A DNA stretch of 64,000 nucleotides from assembly GCA_949358305.1 (NCBI GenBank), contig OX442314.1, forward strand, positions 20,894,001 through 20,958,000, read 5' to 3'. Both the position numbers and the translations under genes were made by a program. This document shows positions 50,818-64,000 of the stretch, piece by piece. The notes under the pieces were generated by a model. That model was not told the origin of the DNA. It searched no databases and saw only the letters and a list, made by a program, of their open reading frames with translations. How positions within the stretch are numbered: position 1 is the first letter of the stretch; every line of letters starts with the position of its first letter. The stretch is from Strigamia acuminata. Lineage: Eukaryota.

Positions 50818-51231
50818 CCGTACTGCCTTGAACAATGGCCGGGCGCAATTAAGCGCCGGCTCTTGATTAAGCGCCTGGCAACCGCCAGCTGAAGAACCAA
50901 TAAGCGCCTGCCTAAAATAAACGCCGGGCGTGTTTAAACGCCGGGTTTATTGTAAATTTGTAATTCGTTTAGATGACGTTTTATGTCTACCGTACACGTA
51001 CACGTAATGTTACAGTAGAAATGAGCTATTTAACACTCCTTCATTGTTTTACTGCTGCATTTCTACCAATAATACAGCGGTATGGCTCCAAAAAATTTGA
51101 AAAAACGTGCATACGACCACAAATTTTTTATAACTTGTTAGTTTAAACTTTTTTTTCAGATAGAGGCCTGGCTTGAATAATCGCCTAGTTTTGAATAAGC
51201 GCCTGGCGGGCCATTGTTCAAGACAGTACGG
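50818..51231. mobile_element. TA|CCGTA-ended MITE (Tc1/mariner-pogo type)
   Basis: TIR CCGTACTGCCTTGAACAATGGCC / GGCCATTGTTCAAGACAGTACGG, TA TSD, internal TAAGCGCC repeats. Confidence 0.85.
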
Positions 51232-51362
51232 TAAAGTGAATTACACCATTCGGCATAATAAAGTACTAATTTTCTGGCCAAATGTAGCAACTTATTGACT
51301 TTATTGTCTCTTGCCAGTTCTCATTTTAAATTTTAGTCAAAACTATCCAAAATATCGAAATT

Positions 51363-51535
51363 CGCATTCACAAACTTGCAGTTAAACATGTTTGGTTGTT
51401 TAATAAGTCACGCGCATGCCCACTCGACTGTAAACAGACTAAATCGGCCGCCATTATTAAAGTTAGATCGAGACAAGCAGTTCATAAAGCAGTTTAAATA
51501 CGGTATGTTGTTTAAAATGACTTTATGAATGCGCC
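51363..51535 (+). mobile_element. MITE family A, most complete copy
   Basis: Ends CGCATTCACAAA / TTTATGAATGCG around the family core. Confidence 0.75.
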
Positions 51536-54500
51536 TACTTTATTTCTTCATCTTACGCAGTTTAAAATATTAGATTTTTCAATGCCTGTGTGATAGTGTC
51601 TCAACTGCTTAGTACGACAAGCACAGCTTAGTCAGAGTGACAAGCAAAAAATGTTTTAAAAATCAATTTTTATTTTACTGCAGCAGATCTATATCTATTT
51701 TTGCTTAATTCTAATGGGGTAGTACGGTAACAATTAATCATACTCAAGCTCAGTTTTCAGTCATTTACCAGTCAATTAAACCAAAAAACGTGGTTTATTA
51801 ATTGAAATGAATTTTCGGGTCTAAATGCACATCCAAACCACACGAATAAAAAAATGTGCAAAAGGGTACACATTCATTCATTATATGAATGATGTGTTTG
51901 TTTACGATTTTTCCAAACCGCAAAAAAAGTAAAAAGAACAAAGATGTATGGAAAACCATTAAAAAAAATTATCTTATAAATTGTTATTTGGTCGAGTGCA
52001 CAAAAAAAAATCCTTTCCAAATATAAGCCGTAGACGTTGTTTTTGTGCAGGATTGCAGGAAATAGCAGCCTTTCTATAAGTTATCTCGCAACCTACTGCA
52101 CATTTCCGGCTTAAAGCAATGTCCTGATGTTAACACCAAAGTTGTTGCATAAACTATACGAAACAAGTGTGTTTACACCAGTTCACACACGCATTAGCTA
52201 CGAAGTGGTAGTAGTAAACAGCCAGTGACATGACAGCTTCAACCAAAACAAACAATGCTGCAAAGGCTTTGGCAGTATTTGTGATTGTAAGTGCACTAAA
52301 TCGATAGTTCAATCATCTTCCAGCGATTTAATTACAAATTAACGAGACAAATTAACATCCGTCAATCATAAAAACAAATTACTTTCAAATCATTTCGCCC
52401 TAGAATAGTCATTCCTCATCAGCTGCCGATGCTGTAGTTTTCCTTCTACTTTTGTATTCCAGAGCAATGTTCATAAACAAATCAATAAAGTGATCAATAA
52501 AGGCACCAAAAGAAGTGGCAATACTTTTTTTTATTATTATTTAATTCCCCTTGTATTTACGGATATTTCATTTTGCTTTCTAATTAAAAAGACGAGGGAA
52601 TTTATTTTTTCTTTAAAATAATTTTTTTATTATTATTATTATTGCTTAATGTTTTGATATAATTGGACCTCACTAAACCAAATTTAATCTTGTTGGACCT
52701 AATTGCTAGAAAAAGTAAACTGCTTTGCCAGATTTGTCAAATGACTAGACACTCACATAAAAAAGGGATAAAGAACGGATTTAACTCGATAACTCTCACA
52801 TTTAGAAATGTGATTACTTCATTTCATCAGCTGGCTCAAAAAACTGTCTTTTTTCAAACGTAAAACTGGAAAAATATGAATACACACCGGTACCAGCAGA
52901 GTTTCTACTGTCAAATTAGATCATAATGAAGAACAAAATGAAAAATTTAAATTACATTTCTCTTAATATATATGCATATGCTGATTCATTATACGAGAAA
53001 TAATTAAAATTTCAACAGCTTTAGAAATTTATTTTAACTTTGTAATCATGTTCAAAAAAATTATAATTGTCTTTTTTTTTCTCGTTTTAGCATCTCTAAT
53101 ACCCAACCTCCTACTCATCTCTCCGAGAAATAATTTTAAAAAAAATGTCCACCCGAGTCTGAAAAAGTCAAGGGTGAATAAGAAAAGAGATTTGTTTTTG
53201 CTAAAGGACCAGATTAAATCGGCGATATAGAGAATGTGTTGGAAACGAGGGAAGATTAAACATTGTGCTCGACTGGAAGAGCAAAGAAGGAAAGAAAAGA
53301 AAATAGAAATTGCAAATGTAGAAAAAGCGGCATTTGGGTGTCAAATGAGTAATCTTCATTCTTCAATTTAATTAAATATGAACCGTGGAGTGTAAAAAGA
53401 AGAGAGGTTTCATTATTCATTAAAAATTCATTAAGGATAATTTAGTGGCCTAATTAAAACGTCGAAAGGTATCTTCTTACCCCCATGCAAAGAAACAAAC
53501 AAAAAACACAGAAACAACAAGAAAAGTTTAAAGTAAAATCAATTTTTAATTTTGTTATTTCCCATTGAGAATTCACTATGAGCATTTTCATGTTTTCATC
53601 ACGTGATCCAGAACCGACTCCCTCCGCTCCCTTTCCGATCCCATCACTCCAGCACACTCAGACACAAAAGAAGAAAAGTTATATAAGTGCTTAATGGATA
53701 GAAACCCATTTTTTTCTATCAAGAAAAGAGAAAACTACAACGCTGCTTTTAAAGGAAATCAAATTTCGCGAATTCTGACAGGAAAAATTTCAACTCCATT
53801 ACTCCATTAGTTAAATATAACTAAAAACTAATTTAAAATAATTAAACTTTCAAATTACCCAATTCTTTTTATCTATTCTTCCTCTGCACACTCCACCATA
53901 ATCTTTAAAGCTCAGAACAGAAAATCAGTACAGCAAATAAGTTTAAAACTTCCAAACTTTTATCCTGAAGTAAAGCTTAAGTGCAAAATCCATCCGACAA
54001 AAAAAACACCTTAACAACATCACTTTCTAATATTGTCAACATCAATACAGTCCACTTTTGCTTTGATTTGATGTAATATAAGAAATATAAAATCTCACAC
54101 ATCGACAAAAGCAAGAAAGTCAGCCGTTAAATTATTAATGTCCACGTTTTTACCAGGCTGCCACCAGGGGATGCAGTAATGGCAAGCTACTAGATTGAAA
54201 TCTGAAATATTCAGCACCAGGTTTTTACCAGGGACAACCTATTTTAGTATATAAAAACCTTGTTGCAGGATTCTGATCGAAAAAAGGAACAGCTGCTGGG
54301 GCTGTCAATGTGACAAAGCTCACTCCTTTTCAAGAATCTTCACCGAATGAATTATTCAGTTTTTAAAAACGGTCAAATAAAAATTCTATGCGCAGTCATA
54401 CAAAGTGAAATTAATAAAACGACGAAAAACAATTCAAATAGAGAAACTATTATATATAACATTACAAGTTTCAAGTTTCCGTTTGCATTTTAATCTAATA

Positions 54501-56950
54501 AAATATTCAACAACAGATAATGTCCAGAGACCAGTCTTAATACCAATAATAAATCCAAAGTTATACAACAATTTTAAAACACAAACTTGAGTCGTTACCA
54601 GCTTTAATGTATTCTTTTAAAACTGAAGTTGTGTACAAGTCAATCTATCACTTGTTATTGCTGTTTTGCGCAGGGTGATTGGTTGTTTCCTTTTGATGTA
54701 ATAGACGTGCACTTATTATTTTCATGTCAGACCCTACTTGTTATTGAACACGAAGAGTGGCGAAGGAAAAAAAATCAAGAAATGGTTACAGAAAGCGAGA
54801 GAAAAGAAAACTACAAATGTTCATTTGGCCACTGGCCTGTCCATTACTCCACAATGGAAAAAAAATCAAAAGGGTACACAAGTGACTGCCGCAATTAACC
54901 TACAACCTGAAATACGTCAACTTTCACTATTTCATGGCAATAACTCACTAGTTCATTTTTCTTCAACGATGATGCGGATGAAATAATCCCAATTATCATA
55001 CACCATATACACATGAATAAATTATTAGCTAAAAATAGAAATGCGCCGTTTTAAACCAGTTTTACGCAATACCGATGTGCACACGGTGAGCTCGTCCAAT
55101 ATTTATCACTAAACTAATATTTACTCGGTATAATCTCTAGTTCTTCGACAATACGCAATACGTAACAAATCGGCAATTTCTGCTTTATTTTATACGTAAA
55201 AGATACATTTACGAGCCTTAACCACATCCATTAATCATCTTAATTTGTTTTCTTTCAAATAATTCATTAATTCATAAAACTTTAATTTTAATTTCAATAC
55301 TAAACTCCCCCTGAAAAGCGTAGGAAATCCCAAAACTTCATCCCGAACGTCTCAAACTCCCAGATTACCAAAAATTTACCACATTTTCCCAACAAAAACC
55401 AATCCAAAAATGCTTTATTATCTTAAGATGGCATTGATGTTACACTTCAACTATAAGAGGATTTGACGCTTACTTTGGCTTTTATCAAGGATATCAAGGA
55501 TATGAAGAGAATCATCAGTATTGTGTCGGTCCTTTTTATGTTTACGATCCAATTACTAACTGCAGTGGACTGGATTCAATTCTGGACACATAATGGGAGA
55601 CCTTCGGAGCAACATTACAGAAACTAAGGTTAGTCCTCGCTAAGAGCTTTTCGAATTCGCCATTTATCTCGTTTTAATCATTGTACATTATTACTAAATT
55701 AAAATCAAATACAAGTACCACATTAATTTTGCAAGCTATTTACTGGCGAAACAAACATTCGGAACTTTCTCCCCCTTTTATTATATATTCCCATTTCGCA
55801 ATTAAATTATTCAATAACAAACTTTATAATTTCTATTTACACACTGACTACCATAAAGTTGTCTCATAAAAATTTTGCAAGCTTTTACCATTAATATTTC
55901 ATGTTTAAAAAGAAATTATAAATGGAACGTCTACTTGCATTTATATGGTCTTCTTACACGGTGTCATAGGTTTGCTTCGTTTATTGAATCACAAAGAGAA
56001 GACAGCTGCACTTGGCATTAGAATAAGCCTCAACGAAATGCTTTAACTTAATTGGAAAAAAAATGTCTGCACTCGGCCATATTTCTTATTTATTGATCGA
56101 AAATTCCAACAACAAAAAAATTATCTGCGAAAGTGACTTTTGAAAAATCATCTCGCTTCATCTACTTATGCATATTTAAACGGTATAGAGTCGTGATCTT
56201 AGAGACTTGGAAATACAACATTATACACAACTTGACAACTTAAATTATGTTATTAATCAAAGTTGTGAGTTGTGACAACTCGTGGCCAACAGCAAAAGCA
56301 TGTTATCATTTATGTTAACACCGTATGATGACGAAATCCTTTTATTCTGCTGTTTTTTCCAACTCACTCCAAGTTGCAACATCTAATTTACAACACAACA
56401 ATTGCCAAACGTCGCATCTTAAAATTCCCAGCTCTCTAGTGGCTCGTTACGTCTCTTTCTACATGACAAAACAGGCTCAGCTACCTTTACTGCTCGTTTT
56501 TTTTAAAACAAAAAGGCAACCTGCTTCATTAAGCAGTTGCATCTAGCCTTGATAAATCATTGAATAAGCTTGGATGCACGACAAGATGCTCATTCCGTAG
56601 TTGACATTCAGCAAATACTTTCATTCCTAAACTAAGCAAACAATGCCAGATGCGTCTTGGTATAACTTTCCTATATACGCATAAAATCGACCAGTCTTCA
56701 TCATAAACTCAACATGCAAAAAAGCATGCAAGAAAACCCTTTCAGGTTCCTCCGCTTTAATTTCTACCAATTTTTTTTAAAATTCTTAATGAAACCACAA
56801 ACATCCTCCACATCATTTAATCCCTTAAATACCCAAAATCCATCTCTGCTCAAAGTGTTCTTGTGTCCATTTTATCCCTCTACACAAAAACAAAATCAAT
56901 TTCCTACGTTTTTAACGTCTTCTGCTCACGAAATAAGTGCATAATTTATT

Positions 56951-58019
56951 GGCCGTGGATATTCCCACAAACGTTTGTGGGAATAGACATGTGTCTATTT
57001 CCACAAACGTTTGTGGGAATAGATGGCCGTCACTGGGCCGGCTATTTCCACAAACAGCCATCATTCGGCCGGCTATGGTATGGTGCGCCAAAAACGCGCT
57101 ATGTGAAGTTTCGGGTTGCCGAGGACGGGAGGACGGGAACGTAGCGAGAACATGAAAACGAGACGAACCAATGGCGTGGGGAGAAGCTCAAAGAATTTCG
57201 AAATTATGTAAAGATCTGAACCCATTTCATGGGTGTGTGTGTTATCAAAGCTTCGAATAACAAACAAACTTTTTCGTTTATCCCAACCAACATGCAAGTG
57301 AGCAGAACAACCAGTCTTCAACGATTGTTGTTTTGGTCGCTTTCCTTTAGATGTTGAATTGTTACAACCAGCATGCGCACATTCGAATCTACAAAAGTAG
57401 TATCCAATGGAAAGTGGGAGTTTGCAAACACCAGGTCGCAGATTCTCTTTCTCAATACTGCGAGAACTTTGAATCACAAAAAGTGGACTGCTAGTAGAAT
57501 CGCAGAACTTTTCGAATGCATCTGCAAATTCGTTCCAAGTATTAAAAACAGATAATGCTGTAAATTCTTTCTCAACGGTAGGGAAATATAATTCATCAAT
57601 TTCGGTTTCCATAGTATTAAAATTCAAATGTATTCAATAGAAATACCGAAATTCAGAACTTCAAGTGAGATGTTACAAGTTTATTACTGTAAACTATCAC
57701 AAACACACCATTCAGTTAGAATCCAATCCAACAAGTGATCTTTGTTACAAATTCATCTCTTTATATATCTCAACTCCACCCCCACGTCATTGGTTCGTTT
57801 CGCTTTTCTCGTTTTCACGTTCTCGCTACGTTCCCGTCCTCCCGTCCTCGGCAACCCGAAACTTCACATAGCGCGTTTTTGGCGCACCATACCATAGCCG
57901 GCCGAATGATGGCTGTTTGTGGAAATAGCCGGCCCAGTGACGGCCATCTATTCCCACAAACGTTTGTGGAAATAGACACATGTCTATTCCCACAAACGTT
58001 TGTGGGAATAGACAATGCG
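56951..58019 (-). mobile_element. Mutator-like (MULE) non-autonomous element, 1069 bp, ~230-bp TIRs, 9-bp TSD
   Basis: TAATTTATT at 56942-56950 and 58020-58028. Near-identical inverted arms 56960-57182 / 57779-58010. Internal ORF with a MULE-type DNA-binding domain. Confidence 0.9.
57073..57612 (-). CDS. Truncated MULE transposase: FAR1/WRKY-GCM1-like (ZSWIM3 N-terminal-like) DNA-binding domain only, 179 aa from the first ATG
   Basis: F..W.EF..AF..FC, YY..RFECAHAG, SKGKRPKQQSLKTGCSAHL and F.N.HTH pattern. No DDE domain. The frame runs into the left TIR and stops there. Confidence 0.75.
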   Translation of the reverse strand: METEIDELYFPTVEKEFTALSVFNTWNEFADAFEKFCDSTSSPLFVIQSSRSIEKENLRPGVCKLPLSIGYYFCRFECAHAGCNNSTSKGKRPKQQSLKTGCSAHLHVGWDKRKSLFVIRSFDNTHTHEMGSDLYIISKFFELLPTPLVRLVFMFSLRSRPPVLGNPKLHIARFWRTIP

Positions 58020-59492
58020 TAATTTATTACTTAACTTGTTAAATAACTCGGCTTAATAAAAAAATAATAAAAAAAAATAAAATTCTTCGACCGTAATTAA
58101 TCCTCCACATCAACTTTTACTACCAAATCAAAACTATAGATTTTCAATAAAAAGCCGGATTACAACTATTTCCAGTAGTCACGTCATTAAAACTCTTTCC
58201 TAAATAAAAAGGCGGGAGAGACAACAAAATTTCTCTGATTCAATCATAAATCTTTTTAGTGTTCTGCGAATTCACTCCTACGCATCGAATGGCTGACTGG
58301 GAAATAGCGTCCGATGGCGTCCGACGTGATCAGCTTACTAAAAGACCAAAGAAAATAACAATCCGAAGCCCCGGAGGTCTTTACATGGATAAATATTGGT
58401 TTCTAATTCGGGAAAACTAAGTGCACACGCATGCGCACTGATTAATCCAATACCAACGCTCAAATTGGTAATAAATTAGCATTAACCACGGTAATAAATT
58501 CCATAATCCTTGATTCCGTGTGATCCCTTAGAGGTAATTAGTGTTTATAGGTGGTGCCTCCTTATTAAGCGTCGTGACATTATTAAGCTGTTTTCGTTTC
58601 ATTGGGCCATATCAAGACTACCTTGCTCTTCTCTAATGTCATAGTTAGTGATTGTAAGCGCCTTTATTATGTGGTCTGTTAATAAAATTCAAATAAACAC
58701 ATTTTTCTCTTCGAAAAGTGAAATAAAAGGTATTTAACTCGAAATTAGAATGCAAGTTAAAGCTAAAACTTTTATTATGATCCTATTTCTCAATATTGGA
58801 AGTGATTTAGAAGAGTGCTCTTTCTGCAATTGGATCAGATTACAATTATTGCTACGTGATCGTTTTTTATTTTTATTATTTTTTTAAGGAAAAACTAGAG
58901 TTTCTAAAGGTATTTTGTGTTAACTTAAGCATGTGCACCGTTTGCCAATAAAAGTGAAGCAGGATATCAAGTCCTAATCGCTTGTAAGGAGCAAATTCCA
59001 AAAAAATATCTAAAGCTTTAAATCGCTCGAGTTTAATCCGTAAATCTTCAAGTCACATGAACATTATTGATAAAAGATATGCAATTTTATGAAAGAAAAG
59101 TTACACGATAGGTATGAAAAGTCGCTCCCTTAAGAATTTATGGTTAAAGAAAATAACAAATGCCATATCCGGTTGCAAAGAGCCACATAAAGGACGTAAG
59201 TTGTTTCTTTAACTGAATGCAGATAGAAAGAAAGCTACGCTTGCAGTCATGTTCCATAACAGAGTTTACGGCAAGTAGTTCTTCCTTATAATTATGTTTA
59301 GTTTTATATTATAAAAAGCGTAATGAAGTGTACTTTTTGTTACCAGGTATAAACTTAGCTTGCACTACAAATATCTGCCAGAAAAAAAACCACAAAAAAT
59401 GTCGTTTACTTTCAGTTGTTTATATTCTTGTGTCAAAGCAAATAATGTTACGGTACTTCATTTTTACAAACAGAACTTTAATTGTTACTTAA

Positions 59493-60103
59493 AGCTTAGT
59501 ACTCATAAGCAGTTTCCTACGTAGGAAACCAGTCTGCCCACAGAAACTTTGCCTACAGGAAAAACTGGTACTCACAAATTTTATTCCAGTCTTGGAATGT
59601 CTGTAAGATATGTTTGTTCTGTGACATAAAAAATTAACTTTCTGGCATGTCGATGCAACGAAAAGCTAATCTTCGTTTCCAGGCACAGAAAGTAACGATT
59701 GGTCTTGACAATTTGTGACGAGTCGTAATTTTTAACCAGTCTCAAATATGGCTGCAATCAGTTCTGCCAACAAATGCAAACAACTGTATATTCTATTTAT
59801 AAAAATAGATTAGTTTATAAATAAAATTAAAAATTAAAAACCAACTATAGCAATCCTATTCATCCTAACTCCAAAGTAGCCTTAAAAATTTGTATTGGTA
59901 TCCATCTAGTTTCTTTTTCATGATCATTCACCATTTCTTTTCTGTTGAATAGAGTCGTGAGTACCACAAAAAGTCTGGTGTGACAGACTAGCACATGTTC
60001 TGCTACCAGATGTTTCTGATAGGCTTTTCTGTCAAGTCTATACACAGAAAAGTTTGTGGGCATACACTTCTGTTAGCAGATGAGATCTTATGAGTACTAA
60101 GCT
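59493..60103. mobile_element. PIF/Harbinger-type MITE
   Basis: Perfect 17-bp TIR AGCTTAGTACTCATAAG / CTTATGAGTACTAAGCT with TAA TSD on both sides. Confidence 0.85.
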
Positions 60104-63100
60104 TAACTAATGAACAAATGAGTCTTCTTTGATTCATGTTCACACATTTGTGAAAGGAAACATTGCAAATGGCGACTATTTAAAGTAATCGCCATTTGCA
60201 ATTCCGCTCTGCTGAGTGATATGTTTAATGTAAATACCGTATTTCTTCAATTCTAAGACGCATTTTTATATATGTTAAATAGGAAATAAAGTGCGTTTTC
60301 GAATGGTAAATGACTTCGATTGGAAGATATGCACCCAACTGCGTATTTCCAGAGTAAAAAAATTTGGAAATAATAATTCAAAAATGTGTTTGCAGTAATT
60401 CAACAGTAGATGGAGCTGCAATAAGATTATTAAATTTCAAAATTACTGTGGGAATACTGTGTCAATTAAATTGTGGGAATACTGTATTAATTAATTAAAT
60501 TAAGACAAGTAATTTATAATTGGTTTGTTGTAATTACAAAATAAGACTAGTTTTTATTTATTTAATTTAACTTTGCTACCGAAAGAATATCGAACAACAA
60601 CATCCACGAAAGCAAAACAAATGTTATTTTTTTCGTATTTTGAAATAATTTATGAGCTAAAAAACATTTGTTTTTGCACACAAAACAAACACGTTCGCAT
60701 GTCTTTACAGAATGGAAAAACGATAATTTATTAAATGTAAATTTAATACTTAATTACCGTTAGCTACAAACACACTTCCTTCAAAACAGGTTGACTTACC
60801 AACTGCTCCACTTATACAACAAAAATCCCCAATTTAAAATTCACCACACACCCGCTTGAATGAAACATTGGTGCAAAATACTACACTGCCTACCCTCTAG
60901 TTTAACCCACATTTAACTCTTAAAAAACAAAATAAAACAAACAAACAACATCCATGACTTTGACTCGTCTTTCCAGTCCTTTAACCCGCAACAGGCCACA
61001 AAAACACAGGTATAACAGGTAAAAGACGTATCACAGACCCACATGAAAACCAGTTTCCTGATCCAATTGCCTATAATAGGATTTGTTTTTAAGTTTATAT
61101 TAAAGCAACTTTTTTCTTAATTCCTTTTCAATTTATCTGTTTAATGACACGCCTTAGCACCGAACTGCTTCGTTAACTGATGCGAGTTACGGATGAACCA
61201 TTCAATACCCACATCCTTCACACGTGGAATGCTAAAAATAAGTTAACACCCCGCTATTTATGATTAAATGTACTGTTTTGCGTCACCAGATGTCGGAAGT
61301 TGTTTGAGCGCGCTGTGTATAGTCGTGACATAAAAGCTTTTAAAATACAAAATTTGAACATTTTCTATGAAATATTAATTTTGATGAATGAAATAACTAT
61401 TATTTTTCCTGATTTTTTTTCTCCTTCTCAAGTTTTCGTATGATAAAAAACAAAAGTTAATTATAGTTTTAAAAAAAAAAATTTAAGAAACCATTATCGT
61501 ATTGCCAAAAAAAAACACAATCAATCAATAAAACGGTTTATAAATAATGAAATAATTATTTATAATAATATTTTCCTCCAAAAATCGATAAAACAAAAAT
61601 AAAACAAAAACATGTAAAAAATATTCACCTTAAATTATTGAATTTAATTAGACAAACATGAAAACGAAAAAAATCGTGGTTAATTTCCTATTCACACGCA
61701 ACCATTAAAAAATTTACAACCGCCTTGAAATTGCCACTTTCAATCATCTAATTAATAAACCAAACCAATAAGAGGGAAAAATATACATAGAAACTACTTA
61801 CTCTAAAGTACTAAACCGCAATAAAACTGGAATAGTGTCAAAATCCATCTCATCATTAACCCTAAAGAAAAACATCGGTTCAATTCACACATCTCCTGAG
61901 AGTCATAAAAATTAAAAGAAAAAAAAAAGAAAAAAAAAGTCAGATTAAACGTGAAAAAAAATTGGAAAAAATAAAAAAATAAAATGAACCTTCCTTACAG
62001 CTATCATGATCAAGCACAAAGATCACCACAGCGTTTAAACTCTTCCAGGGTACACACTCAGGACGTACTTCCTGGATACACAACAAGAAGAAAATATTCA
62101 TTTCCGTTTCCTTTACTGTCAACTGCAAGCTTACGGTAATCTCCTTAGTCAACACGGTTTTGTGACGTCACATAAATATTATTTAAATTAATTATGATTA
62201 ATCCCATTACTGGTTAGAAAATAGACAAATTTAGTTAATTTAATTTAAGAAAAAAAATTGATAAACAAGTTTTTAACTATTTTTAGTTTGATTAATATAA
62301 AAATCGAAAAATCATCAAAATTCCAGTATTTACGTATAGAATTCCCCGAGGGAATGGAATTAACTCTAAAATAATATTTCGTTTCTTTTCGTGAAATAGA
62401 GTGAATGATTTTTATAACTTCAGACCATTAATGAATAATTCTATTTCATCATTCATAACTAACATAAATTTCAGATCGAACAAACAAGAAATTTAAACCT
62501 CAGCTGCTAGTACAAACTTTTAAAACTTTGCTAATTAAACAGCAGTCTAAAAACAAACAATTTGAATGTATAAGTTAATTATAATGCTTCCCAGTATTAG
62601 ACTTGGCAATTGGCTTATTTGGAATTCCACAAACCAATTGACTGATTACTTACTCAATTTGTTAACTCTCAGATAAACTTTTAGTGGAAACTTCCACGTA
62701 CCAATAAATATATAAAACAGATAAAGAAAAAATATATAACCGCAATATATCCTTTAATCGCTAACTAATTCATAAAGTGCATTACTAACACTAAATAATA
62801 AAAATGGCTTCCGCTTTTTGTGCATCAGATTTATTTAACATCCTAATCTCAGCATATTTTATGCTGGCAAGTTTTAAAACAACAAAAACAATCCAATTAT
62901 GTTTTGTCAAATATCACAGCCCAATTTCATACGATTTATTATTTAATTAATTAATTTGGGCTTCTTTTTGTCCGAAATTCAATTCAAAACAAACAAAAAA
63001 AAATAACCTTTCTCGAACGAATAGGGGGAAAAAAGAATTATTTACATAAACTACTTCCATCACGTAGAATGTCGTGATGTGATGGAAAAAAATAACAAAA

Positions 63101-63248
63101 AAATTACACTTCAAAAAACTAGGGTAAAAAACCTAATTGTTTCTATGGATACTATAAAAATAATAAACCTTGAATGAAAAAAAATAAATAAAAATCGTAC
63201 CCATGGAAACTAGAAAATGTAAGACTTCAACATTTTCCACGGGGAATA

Positions 63249-63284
<36 letters not shown>

Positions 63285-64000
63285 ATAAAATAAATATAAA
63301 AATGAAAACATGCCATCCAAAATGATTAATTTCCTTATTAAAATTACGGTCTTATAATTAAATCGAAAAAGGAAAATTAAAAAAATACAATATAAATAAA
63401 AATATAAAAAAAAATCAAAAATAGTATAGCAACTTTATTAATCTCGTCGCTATGACAACGACAGGTGGAAACGATGACCTCCTCATTCCCACACAGAGAG
63501 AGTGTATTTAATGGGGTCAAAAATAGAAAACACGCAAATGAATAATTAAATTGTGTACCCAACCAGGTAATACATTTCAAATGAGCTTTAACTCAATTTT
63601 CCCAACCAAATTCGGTACTGAAATCAAGTTATAGCTGAGGAAAAAAGCAAAACAAAATAAAAAGTAAAATCCTTACTTTTTTCCATCTTTTCCAATCGTC
63701 TTCACAACTTTAGGATAAAATTTCTTAACAAATGCTTTTCCTGACGTGGTTGCTGTTTGCCTAGCAATTAACAGCTCCTTCGGCCACATAACGGCCGTCA
63801 CAAACTAAAGATAAAAGTAAAAATAGCCCAAATTCGTTGCCAAAATCAACTGGCAAAATAATTAGCGATTTAAATCTTAATCCGCTACTCACTTTTTTTA
63901 TATCTTGCAAAAATGTCAGAACGAGAAAAGTCGCTTTTCTAATTTGAACACACGTTTAGTGCGCTAACATTGATAACTGGTCCAGCACAGACCTCCCATC

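Noticed and set aside
56863..58022. Mirror-image ORFs on both strands
   Set aside because: They are translations of the two TIRs.
23300..64000. Remaining 60-115 aa ORFs in the track
   Set aside because: AT-biased composition, many non-ATG starts, no domains or consistent splice structure. This is what chance produces in non-coding DNA.

Overview
AT-rich eukaryotic DNA, very probably from an arthropod, and mostly intronic or intergenic. The only host gene I can support is the 5' part of a minus-strand type IV diacylglycerol kinase (rdgA / DGK-zeta/iota family). It has three phase-consistent coding exons (23206-22404, 11027-10949, 1055-972) and continues off the left edge. Its introns and upstream region are full of transposon-derived DNA. 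The main elements are: a very young 2.6-kb Ty1/copia-type LTR element (identical LTRs, TSD, tRNAi-Met half-molecule PBS) with one intact Gag-protease ORF but no RT/RNase H and only integrase scars; a 1.07-kb Mutator-like element encoding only the DNA-binding domain; a nested MITE holding a 35-bp array with independently flipped spacers; a decayed DD41D transposon; a 5S rRNA-derived segment beside a copia protease remnant; and many MITEs. All family assignments come from motif recognition by eye. No database search was run.
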